Of a stretch of 63,479 nt of DNA, positions 20,340 through 30,816 are shown piece after piece. The position numbers were made by a program, and so were the translations under genes. Source of the DNA: a virus (Duplodnaviria > Caudoviricetes). A model generated the notes under the pieces. That model was not told the DNA's origin. It searched no databases and worked only from the letters and a program-made list of their open reading frames with translations. The stretch covers positions 1-63,479 of the IMG/VR virus record IMGVR_UViG_3300025121_000056; one strand, given 5' to 3'. Numbering within the stretch: the first letter of the stretch is position 1; the number at the start of each line of letters is the position of its first letter.

Positions 20340-23300
20340 ATGGCAAAAGAAAAAATCATCTTTGATCTTGGACAGATAGCAGACAGAATCCGAGAGAAAT
20401 ATAATACCGAATGGAAGACAAAAGAGGAAGAAGTAAAACCCTCCAACGGAAATGATTTAAGCGGAATAGCCCAAAGATTAAGAGAGAAACAAAATCCTTC
20501 AGTATTGAACCAAGAGAATATTGTAAAAGGAAATATACCGACTAATGGTAACGGATTTGATCCCGAAGGTAGCGGATATGATTATAAGACAGCCGAGAAG
20601 TACGGAATAACGCCAGATTCAAGTGATCATTATCCATCAAGAGAACCGAATACTGGGTTAATCTTAAAGGGTAAAAATCATCCTACGTTTAATAAAACAT
20701 TAGAGGGTGAAGAAAAAGCCGGATATGTTGTTTATAAAGGTAGTGATGGAAGATACTACTCCAAACCGAAAGAACAACCGAAAGAAGATATACTGAGTAA
20801 AGTTCAGAGTGCTTACAAGCCATCAATTCAAGAGCGAAATTTGAATGTTGAAGGAATTGGTGAAACTTTCCCCGAACAAACAGTAACAGCAAAACCGAGC
20901 AAGGAATCTTTAGCTGATTATCAGTTATCAAAAGTAAGTCAAAGTGATTTGTTGCCAGAATTAGAAATCAAGAAAAAAGAATTAGAATCAACACCAAAAA
21001 CTTCACCAAACTATAATAAAAAAGTTAATGAATTTAATTCTTTGCTTGCAACCTTTAACGATCCGAAGGTTAGAGAAAGAGAACTTTTAGACATAGCAAA
21101 TAGTAAGATACCACAACCTGAACATTTAGCACCACAAGAATACGATGAGAGTGGAAATTTTAAGGGTTATTACAAATGGGTTGAACCTTTTATAAAAGCA
21201 AAGAACAATGCTTTAAGCATGAAAGATCATCCATTAGTGAAAGCCGTTAATGAATTAAGTGATTATTTCACAAAGAAAAGATTCGGTCAAGAAACAAAAT
21301 CTAGCGACTTGGTTCGCGGGATCACTGATGCGGCTTCTGCTGCATTAAGCACTTCTTTGGGGATTTACCCTGCGGTTGCGGGATTTGAACTTGCTAGTAG
21401 TTTTTTAAGAGAACCATTAATAAATGCTTCTGTAAAAAGATTAGGATTAGATCGCAAGAAATCTGAATTTTTGATAGATACTATCTCTCCGTTTGTTTTT
21501 GGTGCGAAAGTAGGGCTAGCCTCGTTAGCAGGTAAAGATTTAGAATTTCTTGTTGACAAAACAATTCCTGAAGATTGGAGCGAAGAAGATAAACAACGAG
21601 CAAAATCATTAGCTAACCAAGTTGGATTTTGGGGAACTATTTATGGCTCACATAGATTCCAACAAAATGTTGACATCTATAATCGTTTAGGTGCATTGCC
21701 GACAAAAGGTCAATGGGGTGCAATAAATAAATATCGTAATGAACCAGAGACATTAAATCGTTTAATTAAAGGATGGACGGGTGGTAGTTATAAAGTTGAG
21801 AATCCTGAACTTAAAAAAGAAAAACAACCAATTATTCAAGGATTGATTGAAGATATAAAGCCACAAGACTTGAATAAAACCGTTCGTGGCACAGAAACCT
21901 TTGCAGAACAAACAGCAGAACCTATTAAATCTTCAGAGATACCAAAAGAAGAACTTGCTGATAGAGATGAACTATTTAACATAGTTAGAGGAAGTAATGA
22001 TGAAGCTACAGCGCGAAAGATTGCGGTAGGGCTAACCAACAAGCAAGCGAAGTTCATCATCACCAGCGGTAGAGAAGGTGAAGAAGTAAATCAAGAAGTA
22101 ATAGACGGTATCTTAAAACCAAAAGTAAGCGAGGCACAAGATGTACAAATCGGAAGCACAGAGAAAATACTTCAACGCCAACCGGAAGAAACTGGAATCA
22201 GCCGGGGTGAACGTGGAGGAATGGAACGAGGCGAGCAAGGGAGCGAAATTACCGGAACACAGCAAGAAATCCCTCAAGGAACGAATGAGACAAAGATTAC
22301 AAAAGGCGATGAAGAAGTAAGTGAGTTTGAGAATATCTTTGACATAAGACTATCTGAAACAACTGGTGAAAAGATAAAATTTATTTATGACATGAACAAA
22401 GAGATTGTAGATAATCCTCAAGAGAACGAACCAGACGAAGTAGAATCTGCACAAAAGATAGTGAAGGAAATAGATGATTATGCTAATAAGACACCCGAAG
22501 AAAAACTAACAGAACCGTTACCAAGCGAGCAGAAACCTACAGAGAAACTTCCTCAACAACCCCAGAAATCGGAGGTCGCCCAACTTCCGGTTTCTACTAA
22601 AAAAGTATATCCAGCAGTAAGAGACAATCAAGGAAAAATATATACTGGAGTAACACATCCAAAAGCTATTGAGAAGATGTTGGGAAAATCAGAAGATGAA
22701 ATTACCGAGAAGGAATATTTCAATACCTCTGATAATGTAGATTTTGGATTTGTCAATGAAAAGGGAAAGTTTTTAACCCAAGATGAAACGAGAAAATATC
22801 TTGGACGAAATGAAATTGAGACTATGGATGCCAAAGACTTGGCTGATGAGAACTTAATCAAAGAACCGAACCCAGTTCCCGAAGTTAAGGCGGTTGAACC
22901 ACAGAAAATTACCGATAGAATTGATAAACTTAATGGAGTTGAAAAAACTTATTGGGACGGAAAAAATCTAAAATTAACAGTTTATTACGATGAAAAAATT
23001 CCAAAAGATGTAATACAGGTAAGAGTTGCAAAAGAATTGTCTGATAATGCGTTAACTGATGCTGTACCAAAAATAACTTTTTTGTCAACAGAGAAAGGAA
23101 CTTTTGCAGAAGAACCCACGAAATCAGAAGCCCCTACACCAGTAGTTAGTGAGAAGGTAGTAGAGACTAAGGTAGAGAAACAACCGTATGAACTTAGTAA
23201 AGAAGAATTTGTTGATAAAACGGCACAAGAATATTATGAAAAGGATAAGGGAGAAAAGACAAAATATATAAAACGTGGGCTAACAGAAAAATCCGCACAA

Positions 23301-26300
23301 ATAGAAAAAAGTAAAGCGGACAAAGATTACTTTATAGAGCCCGATGAATTACAAAAAGGCAGATTCAAAGTAGGGCACAAAGTTAGTGGTGACGCTGAAG
23401 GATTAACTCTCGATCAATATAAAGATAAATACCAGAAAGACTTTGAGACACTTCACAAGAACAATGTTGATTTTGCCGTTTCTGAAGGGAAGAAGGTTTC
23501 CCCAAAGATATTGAAGGATTATCCAGACCTTGCCGAGAAGCCGACTTCACTTATAAGTGAACCAGAGAAAGAAACACCAGTAAATTATGCTGGGATTAAA
23601 AATTTTGAGAAAGAAGCAGTTACTAAACTTCAAGAGAACAGAAAAATACTCGACAAATTATTTGAGGAAAGAGATCAGAGAAGAAACCAAGAACTTTCTC
23701 CCAATGACAAACGAAGTGCTTTAAGGAATATAAATAGCTCTGTTTCTGAATTAAGAGCGAAGGGGATAAATGCAAGATACGAGAATGATAATCTATACAT
23801 TGATGATAAAAAGATTTATCCAATAACCACGAAGAAAGCCGAAAACTTAAACCAAGTTGTAATTGATAACAAAGAAGCAGAAACACCTTTTGAAAAACTA
23901 ACTCCAGAAGAACAAGACCGTCAAACATTTTTATCTGATGTAATTAGTCAAAAGAAATTCTTACCCGAAGAACTCAAGCGAATGTTGCCGGTTGGATTTG
24001 GACAAGAGAAAATTGATAACGCCGTTAAGGACATAAAAGAAGATGGCGGGAAAGAACAAAACCGAGACGCAAAGATTTATAGAGATTTTATAAAATCGGT
24101 AGATGACATTTTCACCAGAGATGGTTATATTACATTCACAGATGGAAGCAAGTTTACAAAAGAACAGTATGATAATGAGTTAGAAGATTATGTTTATCAG
24201 AGAGCAAAACAACAAACAGATTTTGAAGATGACACATTTGATTTTAGTTTACAAGACGCAATTAAGAACGAGGAAATAGATGAAACCACAGCAAGGGAAC
24301 TCTCCCTCGAACAGAATCCGGCAGAACGTGAAGAACTTGTTAAGAGTATTGAGAGCGAAGCGACAAGCGACAACGAAGTTAAACTCAATGAAGCAGTCCG
24401 AAAAGCAGACGAAGTAGTAAAACCGAAAAAACCTTCATTTCTAAAACCACCCAAAGGAAGTAACGCCGTAATAGTAAAGTTTAAGGACGGCAAACAATCC
24501 AAACTACCGATCAACGACTTATCTTTAATAGGAAATGATTACTCGAAAGTTGATAACATTTCTTTTGGTAGTGTAGATTTTAATAAATCCGGTGGATTGA
24601 AATGGGATTCGTTCAAAGAGATTAAGAATGTAAATCCGAACGACCAAATACTCAAACAAGATTTAGATCGCACCGAACTTCAGAGTTTACAAGACAGAAA
24701 GAGACACCTTGAATTAGTCCTTAGTGAAACGAAAGACAATGAAGTCATTAAAAAGGGACAAGTAGAATTAAAAGATATAAACAATAAACTTTCTAAGATT
24801 AGAACAAAAGAAAATCAGTTTGATATGTTTGGTGATAAGCAAGATCAAATGTCATTATTCCAGAAAGAACACACCCGCACCAGAAACGTATTTGAGAAGA
24901 TGAACGATGTTGAACAACAGAAGTTTTTACGCATAGTTGCTAATGGATTTTTAAGTGAGAACCCGGACATTAAGTTTGGCAACGTACCAAAGACTTCCGG
25001 CAGATTAGCTTCAGCAATAGCCAACATTACGCGGCAATCAATTTTATTTGATTCTCGAACTTCCGATATGTTGACTGCGATAGAAGAAATAAATCATATT
25101 GTTTTATCAAATCCCGACATGGTATCAGAGTGGAGAGCAAAAGCAATACTAAGAGAAAACGGATGGGATGGTAGAGGAGATTATAGAGAACCGAACAACA
25201 ACAAAACGCTTGAAGATGCTTATGAGAACTTCGCTGACAAAAATAAAGAATGGTATTCCAAGAACAAAGAAGCGACACCAAAAACACTAACAGAGAAATT
25301 TATTGTTTGGCTAAAGAACCTTTGGGCTAAACTTGCGGGATACTTACACAGCAAAGGATTTTACACACAAGCTGGATTCTTTGAGAACCTTTACACTGGT
25401 AAGCTAAAACAGATGGGGCTAAAGGAACAGACCGAGAGAATAAACGAGATAAGAGTTGAGAATGCACTTGCACAAAAAGTAGAACAAACAAGTTCACCAG
25501 AGTTTAAGGAATTTTTCGGGAAGTCTGAAGTGGTAGATGCAAAGAAAAATCCATTAATAGTTTATCATGGCACAACTGGAGATTTTAATACTTTTGAGAA
25601 AGGTGATGTAGGATTCCATTTTGGATCTTCTGATCAAGCAAATCAAAGAACAATGCCGATAGTTAAGAGTGGTAGAAAACCATTAGTGAGACACGAAGTA
25701 ATGAATGGTGTAAAGACTATTGCTCAAGTTACTTCTGAAGGTGCTAATATTATTGCTGCTTATATTCGTTTAGAAAATCCTTTACGAATAAGAGATAATG
25801 CTTTGACTTCACCGAAGGATTACGCGGGTGCAATTATTGAAGAAGCAAATAGAGGAAATTTTGACAATAAGGTAGCAAATTATATTTATGCTAATGTTGA
25901 GAGGATGCTTGGCTCGAATTATAGTTTGGGTTCTGTAAAGACTAAAGAAGCATTTGATTTTATCAGAGATACTTTGAAAGGAAAAGGCTATGATGGACTT
26001 ATTTACCAAAATGAATATGAGGATAAAGAAGTAAAAAGTGATAGTTATGTAGTGTTTGATGCAAACCAAATAAAGAGTGCAATAGGTAACTCCGGGGAAT
26101 TCAGCAAGAGTGATAATATCTTAAAACAGAAACTTGAAAAGATAAATCCGGAACTCACACAAACACTTATGCAATCTTTACCAGACGAAACAAATCCAAT
26201 GCTTCAGAAAGGATTAGAGATATTCAACTTAGGTAAAACAAAATTCACTGATTGGCAGAAAGCCATGAAAGAAGACTTTGGTAAACAGAACTACCAGAGA

Positions 26301-29252
26301 CTTTATTTAGACGTATTGAAAGCAAAACGATCTGACAAAGAATTATTATCAAGCGAAGTTAAGGAAGAAGAATCCAGACTTGAAAAAGGGACTGAAAGAT
26401 TAGAGAGTAAAATAGAAGACCCCGGATATTTAGAATACAAACGACAACGGACAAACATAAAAAATCAGATAAAAGAATTTAAGAGAGGTTGGGAAGCCGG
26501 CAAAAGAGATACCGAGCAAGAACTAACATTTTTGAAGAAACTCATTAGAGATTATGCACAGGAATATCTACCTAAGAATTTAATTAAATCTGAGATTACG
26601 CCTTTAATGACAAAATTAGCAGAAGCTAAGAAATTGGAAGATGTTGAGGAAGGATTTAACAGAATAGATAAAATAGTTCTTCACAACAATAAGAATTACT
26701 TACTTAAAAATATTTATGGTGCATTACAAACTTTCAGACCGGAGAAAGTAAAGGGTGTATTAAAGGGAAAACATTTAACGGCTCCGGAATATGACCAACT
26801 TTCAGACATCAGAAAAATAGTTTCTCTTAAACCAGACCAAGTAAATGAACTAACTACAAAATTATTTGAGAGGATAGAAACAGCCGGAGATGATTTTGAT
26901 GAAGCTGCTGAAGAATACCTTTACAGAATACAAACATTCTCAAACTTAAAAGAAAAATCAGTTGAAGAACTTTCTAAAGTGTTGGATGATTTAACTGAAA
27001 TAATTGCTACCGGGAAAACAAAACATCAACTAATACTTGAAGCTAAAAGAGAAAAACGAAAAGTATTGATAGATGAATTTGAAAAACTTATAACCGGCGG
27101 TAAAGGACTACTCAGCGAGGAAGAAGCAAGAGCCAAGGGATTAGATTTACAAAAGCACGAAAGTTTTATTAAAAAATTTGACCTTAATAACCAAAGTTTA
27201 GAGTGGTTATTTGATAATCTCAGTAAGTTTGATAAGGATTCTAAACCATTGGAGGGTGCATTAAATAAATATTTCATCCCTAAAGTACAGGAAAGTAGAA
27301 ATAATGAAAATGAAGGAACAACGAATTACTTTAAGGAAATCCACGATAAAGCCGAAGATGTCTTCGGAGTAAAGGGGCGCAAATTAGTGAGTCTCTTAAA
27401 CAAAAATACCGAGAGAGAAAAGACCGGAATATTTGTTAAAAAGGGCGAGAACAAGATCGAACTTGAATTAAGTCAAAACGAAGCATATAAAAAGTGGATG
27501 GAATGGCAAGATCCTTCACTAAAGCCAACATTAGAAAAGATGGGTTGGAATGAAGGAGTAATAAAACAAATTGAGAAGTGGCTCAAACCAGAAGTAAAGA
27601 AATGGGCTGAGTGGCAGATAAAAGAATTTTATCCAAAATATTATAAAACAGTAAATGATGTGTTTAGTAAGATGTTCTATGTGAATCTTCCCTTTAACGA
27701 ATATTATTCTCCGGTACAGAGAAGCGCGGAGGGTAAAGATAATTACGATGATCAACTATTGAGAAATAAAACTCAATATGCAAGTGTGATGAATGGGCAT
27801 TTAATGTCAAGAGTAAAAAACACCAGAGACTTAAAAATAATTGATGGTGATATTACATTAGCTAATCATTTGATAGTAATGGAACATTTTAAGAATTGGG
27901 CTGAGACAGTAAAAGAAATGCGTTCAGTTCTTCAAAGTGAAAAGATACAAAAAGCAATACTTCAATATCACGGCAAAACAGCACAGAGTATATTAAATGG
28001 ATTTATTAATGATTTAGCTAGAGGTGGAGAAGACAGGGCATTAGTTGTCAATTTCTTGGATAAGTTAAGAGGCGGATTTTCTAAAGCCGTATTAGGTGCA
28101 AATCCAGTAATTATGTTAAAACAATTTTCAAGTATGCCTGCCTTTGTTGGAGAAATACCAATTAGAGATTTTGCAAAAGGATTAACTTACTTTTTCTTAA
28201 ATCCAGGAAAAGCACTTGGGGAATTATCAGAAAGCAAAATGATGAAACACCGTTATCATCGAGGATGGGAAAGAGATGTTATTCAGGCATTAAAAAGATC
28301 AGTATCCAAGCAAATGGCGAACACAAAAAATTTCACAGATAATCTAATGATCTTCATTGAACTTGGAGATAAAGCAGCAAGTCATGTTGGCGGATATGGA
28401 GTTTACAGATACTATAAAGATAAATATTTAAGAGAAGGAAAATCACCAGAAGAAGCAAAAAGACAAGCCTTATTACAATTTGAATTGAGTGTAGGAAGGA
28501 CCCAACAAAAAGGGGATACTGAGGACTTATCGGCAATCCAGAGACTTGGTTCTTTCGGTAAATTATTCACAATGTTCCAAACACAACCAAATGCTTATTA
28601 CAGACAAATGAGTAATAATGTTAGGAATTTTTACCGCGGTAGAGGAAGAACAAACGCAGCCAAAAGGATATTTGTTTATCATTTTTTACTACCTTTTATT
28701 TTCCAATGGGTAGCGAGTGGACTCCCCGGACTACTAAGTAATTGGGATGATAAAGATAAAAAGCGGCAATTAAGAGCCTTGGCATTAGGTTCTTTTAATG
28801 GAATGTTGGCAATTGGAAATCTTATAGAAGATGGTATTGATTTTATAATAGGCGATATGAAGCAATATAATCCGCAAATGACACCAATTTTACAACCAAT
28901 AATTCAATTTGGTTATATGGCAAAAAATATTGCGAAGCTAATTGATGGCACAACCACCTTGAGCACAAATGAAGTGTTAAAGATCGTAGATGAAATAGTC
29001 TCAGTAGTAGGTAAAGCGAAGGGGATTCCTTATGATCCTATAAAGAGAACAATAAAAGGTGCAAAAAATATTTATGAGCAGGGTGGTGTAAAGTCTAGTG
29101 AAGATATATTAAAAACAATCGGATATAGCGATTATGCACTTGGCAACGATAAAGAAAAGGGTATAAAAAAATCAAATATTAACCAAAAACAATTATTCAA
29201 ACTCCCGAATTTTAGTAAAGAATTACAGGATAAATTAAAGATCAAGTTCTAA
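20340..29252 (+). CDS. Giant (2970 aa) ejection / polyvalent protein with ART-PolyVal-like domain
   Basis: ~25490-26110 encodes 'FKEFFGKSEVVD..NPLIVYHGT...GFHFG...YIRLENPL...GYDGLIY.N...YVVFDANQIKSA.GN.GEF'; helical C-terminus with 'LFTMFQTQPNAY'. Confidence 0.75.
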   Translation: MAKEKIIFDLGQIADRIREKYNTEWKTKEEEVKPSNGNDLSGIAQRLREKQNPSVLNQENIVKGNIPTNGNGFDPEGSGYDYKTAEKYGITPDSSDHYPSREPNTGLILKGKNHPTFNKTLEGEEKAGYVVYKGSDGRYYSKPKEQPKEDILSKVQSAYKPSIQERNLNVEGIGETFPEQTVTAKPSKESLADYQLSKVSQSDLLPELEIKKKELESTPKTSPNYNKKVNEFNSLLATFNDPKVRERELLDIANSKIPQPEHLAPQEYDESGNFKGYYKWVEPFIKAKNNALSMKDHPLVKAVNELSDYFTKKRFGQETKSSDLVRGITDAASAALSTSLGIYPAVAGFELASSFLREPLINASVKRLGLDRKKSEFLIDTISPFVFGAKVGLASLAGKDLEFLVDKTIPEDWSEEDKQRAKSLANQVGFWGTIYGSHRFQQNVDIYNRLGALPTKGQWGAINKYRNEPETLNRLIKGWTGGSYKVENPELKKEKQPIIQGLIEDIKPQDLNKTVRGTETFAEQTAEPIKSSEIPKEELADRDELFNIVRGSNDEATARKIAVGLTNKQAKFIITSGREGEEVNQEVIDGILKPKVSEAQDVQIGSTEKILQRQPEETGISRGERGGMERGEQGSEITGTQQEIPQGTNETKITKGDEEVSEFENIFDIRLSETTGEKIKFIYDMNKEIVDNPQENEPDEVESAQKIVKEIDDYANKTPEEKLTEPLPSEQKPTEKLPQQPQKSEVAQLPVSTKKVYPAVRDNQGKIYTGVTHPKAIEKMLGKSEDEITEKEYFNTSDNVDFGFVNEKGKFLTQDETRKYLGRNEIETMDAKDLADENLIKEPNPVPEVKAVEPQKITDRIDKLNGVEKTYWDGKNLKLTVYYDEKIPKDVIQVRVAKELSDNALTDAVPKITFLSTEKGTFAEEPTKSEAPTPVVSEKVVETKVEKQPYELSKEEFVDKTAQEYYEKDKGEKTKYIKRGLTEKSAQIEKSKADKDYFIEPDELQKGRFKVGHKVSGDAEGLTLDQYKDKYQKDFETLHKNNVDFAVSEGKKVSPKILKDYPDLAEKPTSLISEPEKETPVNYAGIKNFEKEAVTKLQENRKILDKLFEERDQRRNQELSPNDKRSALRNINSSVSELRAKGINARYENDNLYIDDKKIYPITTKKAENLNQVVIDNKEAETPFEKLTPEEQDRQTFLSDVISQKKFLPEELKRMLPVGFGQEKIDNAVKDIKEDGGKEQNRDAKIYRDFIKSVDDIFTRDGYITFTDGSKFTKEQYDNELEDYVYQRAKQQTDFEDDTFDFSLQDAIKNEEIDETTARELSLEQNPAEREELVKSIESEATSDNEVKLNEAVRKADEVVKPKKPSFLKPPKGSNAVIVKFKDGKQSKLPINDLSLIGNDYSKVDNISFGSVDFNKSGGLKWDSFKEIKNVNPNDQILKQDLDRTELQSLQDRKRHLELVLSETKDNEVIKKGQVELKDINNKLSKIRTKENQFDMFGDKQDQMSLFQKEHTRTRNVFEKMNDVEQQKFLRIVANGFLSENPDIKFGNVPKTSGRLASAIANITRQSILFDSRTSDMLTAIEEINHIVLSNPDMVSEWRAKAILRENGWDGRGDYREPNNNKTLEDAYENFADKNKEWYSKNKEATPKTLTEKFIVWLKNLWAKLAGYLHSKGFYTQAGFFENLYTGKLKQMGLKEQTERINEIRVENALAQKVEQTSSPEFKEFFGKSEVVDAKKNPLIVYHGTTGDFNTFEKGDVGFHFGSSDQANQRTMPIVKSGRKPLVRHEVMNGVKTIAQVTSEGANIIAAYIRLENPLRIRDNALTSPKDYAGAIIEEANRGNFDNKVANYIYANVERMLGSNYSLGSVKTKEAFDFIRDTLKGKGYDGLIYQNEYEDKEVKSDSYVVFDANQIKSAIGNSGEFSKSDNILKQKLEKINPELTQTLMQSLPDETNPMLQKGLEIFNLGKTKFTDWQKAMKEDFGKQNYQRLYLDVLKAKRSDKELLSSEVKEEESRLEKGTERLESKIEDPGYLEYKRQRTNIKNQIKEFKRGWEAGKRDTEQELTFLKKLIRDYAQEYLPKNLIKSEITPLMTKLAEAKKLEDVEEGFNRIDKIVLHNNKNYLLKNIYGALQTFRPEKVKGVLKGKHLTAPEYDQLSDIRKIVSLKPDQVNELTTKLFERIETAGDDFDEAAEEYLYRIQTFSNLKEKSVEELSKVLDDLTEIIATGKTKHQLILEAKREKRKVLIDEFEKLITGGKGLLSEEEARAKGLDLQKHESFIKKFDLNNQSLEWLFDNLSKFDKDSKPLEGALNKYFIPKVQESRNNENEGTTNYFKEIHDKAEDVFGVKGRKLVSLLNKNTEREKTGIFVKKGENKIELELSQNEAYKKWMEWQDPSLKPTLEKMGWNEGVIKQIEKWLKPEVKKWAEWQIKEFYPKYYKTVNDVFSKMFYVNLPFNEYYSPVQRSAEGKDNYDDQLLRNKTQYASVMNGHLMSRVKNTRDLKIIDGDITLANHLIVMEHFKNWAETVKEMRSVLQSEKIQKAILQYHGKTAQSILNGFINDLARGGEDRALVVNFLDKLRGGFSKAVLGANPVIMLKQFSSMPAFVGEIPIRDFAKGLTYFFLNPGKALGELSESKMMKHRYHRGWERDVIQALKRSVSKQMANTKNFTDNLMIFIELGDKAASHVGGYGVYRYYKDKYLREGKSPEEAKRQALLQFELSVGRTQQKGDTEDLSAIQRLGSFGKLFTMFQTQPNAYYRQMSNNVRNFYRGRGRTNAAKRIFVYHFLLPFIFQWVASGLPGLLSNWDDKDKKRQLRALALGSFNGMLAIGNLIEDGIDFIIGDMKQYNPQMTPILQPIIQFGYMAKNIAKLIDGTTTLSTNEVLKIVDEIVSVVGKAKGIPYDPIKRTIKGAKNIYEQGGVKSSEDILKTIGYSDYALGNDKEKGIKKSNINQKQLFKLPNFSKELQDKLKIKF

Positions 29253-29312
29253 TTTTTAAGTATAAAAAGAAAGAATATTTTATTAAATTGATCAAGCAAC
29301 AGTGAGGAAAAA

Positions 29313-30815
29313 ATGAAAAAGATAATCTTATTATTATTTTTAATAACCACATCTCTTTACGCCCAAATTTATCAATCAAAGGTAAATTCAACAACCACGC
29401 CTTTAGATAGTGCTGCTACATTCACTGGCACAAAGGAAAGGGTGATGAGTAATGTTGAGGGTTATAATTATGTGGTGGTAGTGACAAAAAGTAACGTAGG
29501 TGGTACAGGAAAGATACAGTTTAGTCTTGATGGGACTACTTGGCTTTCTCATGTCCCATTTACTTATACCGCGAATGATACTTTAACCAATAGATATATT
29601 GCGCCTATTGTTTTGCCGTACATTAGAGTAACTTATACAAACGATACCACGGCACAAACTACATTCAGTTTAACTACTACATTTATCAATAGTAGTTTCT
29701 CTATAAATGCAATTAGCGATATAACAATAGGAAATATTGGGAGTATAACAGGTCCAGTAGCTTTGCCAACTGGGGCTGCGACTTTTGCGAATCAAACCAC
29801 ACAGATAGCCAAAGAAGATTCAGTTGTGGATATGACAACTTCTATGAATGAGTCTTTGAATAATATTGAAGCCGATGCAGATTCAACAGTAGATATGGTA
29901 ACAGCAATTCACAGTGATGTTGATGCAGTTGAGGCAAAACTTGATTCTTTGGATGCCTCAAGCACAAGGATAGAGACTAAACTTAATGATGCGAATGCGG
30001 GGATAGATTCTTTGGACGCTTCCTCTACGCGCATTGAGGGTTATGTTGATAACGTAGAAGCCAAGATTGATTCAGTTGAAGCGTCTATCAATGCTACCAA
30101 TTTGGCTTTGATAGAAGTTAATACTGCTTTGGATTCCGTAGATGCTTCCACGACACGAATTGAAGGACTTGTAACTAATTCTAACACGAAGTTAGATTCA
30201 CTTGATGCTTCTGGAACTCGGAGAGAGGGACAGCTAACGGACCTAAAGACTAAATTAGATTCTATTGATGCAAGCTCTACGAGGATTGAAGAGTATGTAG
30301 ATAATCTTGAACCAAAACTGGATTCATTGGAAGTAACCGAAAATTTAATCCAGACCAACACATTAAATTCAAAATCATTACTTGATTCAGTAAGAGTTGA
30401 CTTTACAAGAAATCATAACGACCTATTGAATATAGGGATAAAGGTTGATTCAGTAGATGCGACCGCTTCAAGAAGTGAGACTAAATTAATAAATCTTGAT
30501 GCTAACCAAACCGTTTTGCTCGGCTATCAACATCCATCTGCAATTAATTGGGGTTCAGATAGTGTAAGTGTGACCACCTCTGTTGATTCACTTACTTTTA
30601 GTGGCGCAACAGTTAAGTGGAAGTTAAGAATTTTTTCGCTTGATGGAACAATCATAGTCTCAACTGATCCAACTTTTGCAACCAACAAACGAATAGCTTA
30701 TGCGTGGACTGAAATATTCCCTTATGAGAATATGTCTGTTGTAACTTATCCGAAAATTTATTTCAAGGCATCCTCCGGTACAGTTAAAATAAATTACAGT
30801 GGGGAGGGTTATTAA
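29313..30815 (+). CDS. Signal-peptide-bearing fibre-like protein with ~21-aa coiled-coil repeats
   Basis: MKKIILLLFLITTSLYA-Q; 'IQFSLDGTTW...PYIRVTYTN' head domain; repeated 'KLDSLDASSTRIE'. Confidence 0.65.
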   Translation: MKKIILLLFLITTSLYAQIYQSKVNSTTTPLDSAATFTGTKERVMSNVEGYNYVVVVTKSNVGGTGKIQFSLDGTTWLSHVPFTYTANDTLTNRYIAPIVLPYIRVTYTNDTTAQTTFSLTTTFINSSFSINAISDITIGNIGSITGPVALPTGAATFANQTTQIAKEDSVVDMTTSMNESLNNIEADADSTVDMVTAIHSDVDAVEAKLDSLDASSTRIETKLNDANAGIDSLDASSTRIEGYVDNVEAKIDSVEASINATNLALIEVNTALDSVDASTTRIEGLVTNSNTKLDSLDASGTRREGQLTDLKTKLDSIDASSTRIEEYVDNLEPKLDSLEVTENLIQTNTLNSKSLLDSVRVDFTRNHNDLLNIGIKVDSVDATASRSETKLINLDANQTVLLGYQHPSAINWGSDSVSVTTSVDSLTFSGATVKWKLRIFSLDGTIIVSTDPTFATNKRIAYAWTEIFPYENMSVVTYPKIYFKASSGTVKINYSGEGY

Positions 30816-30816
30816 T

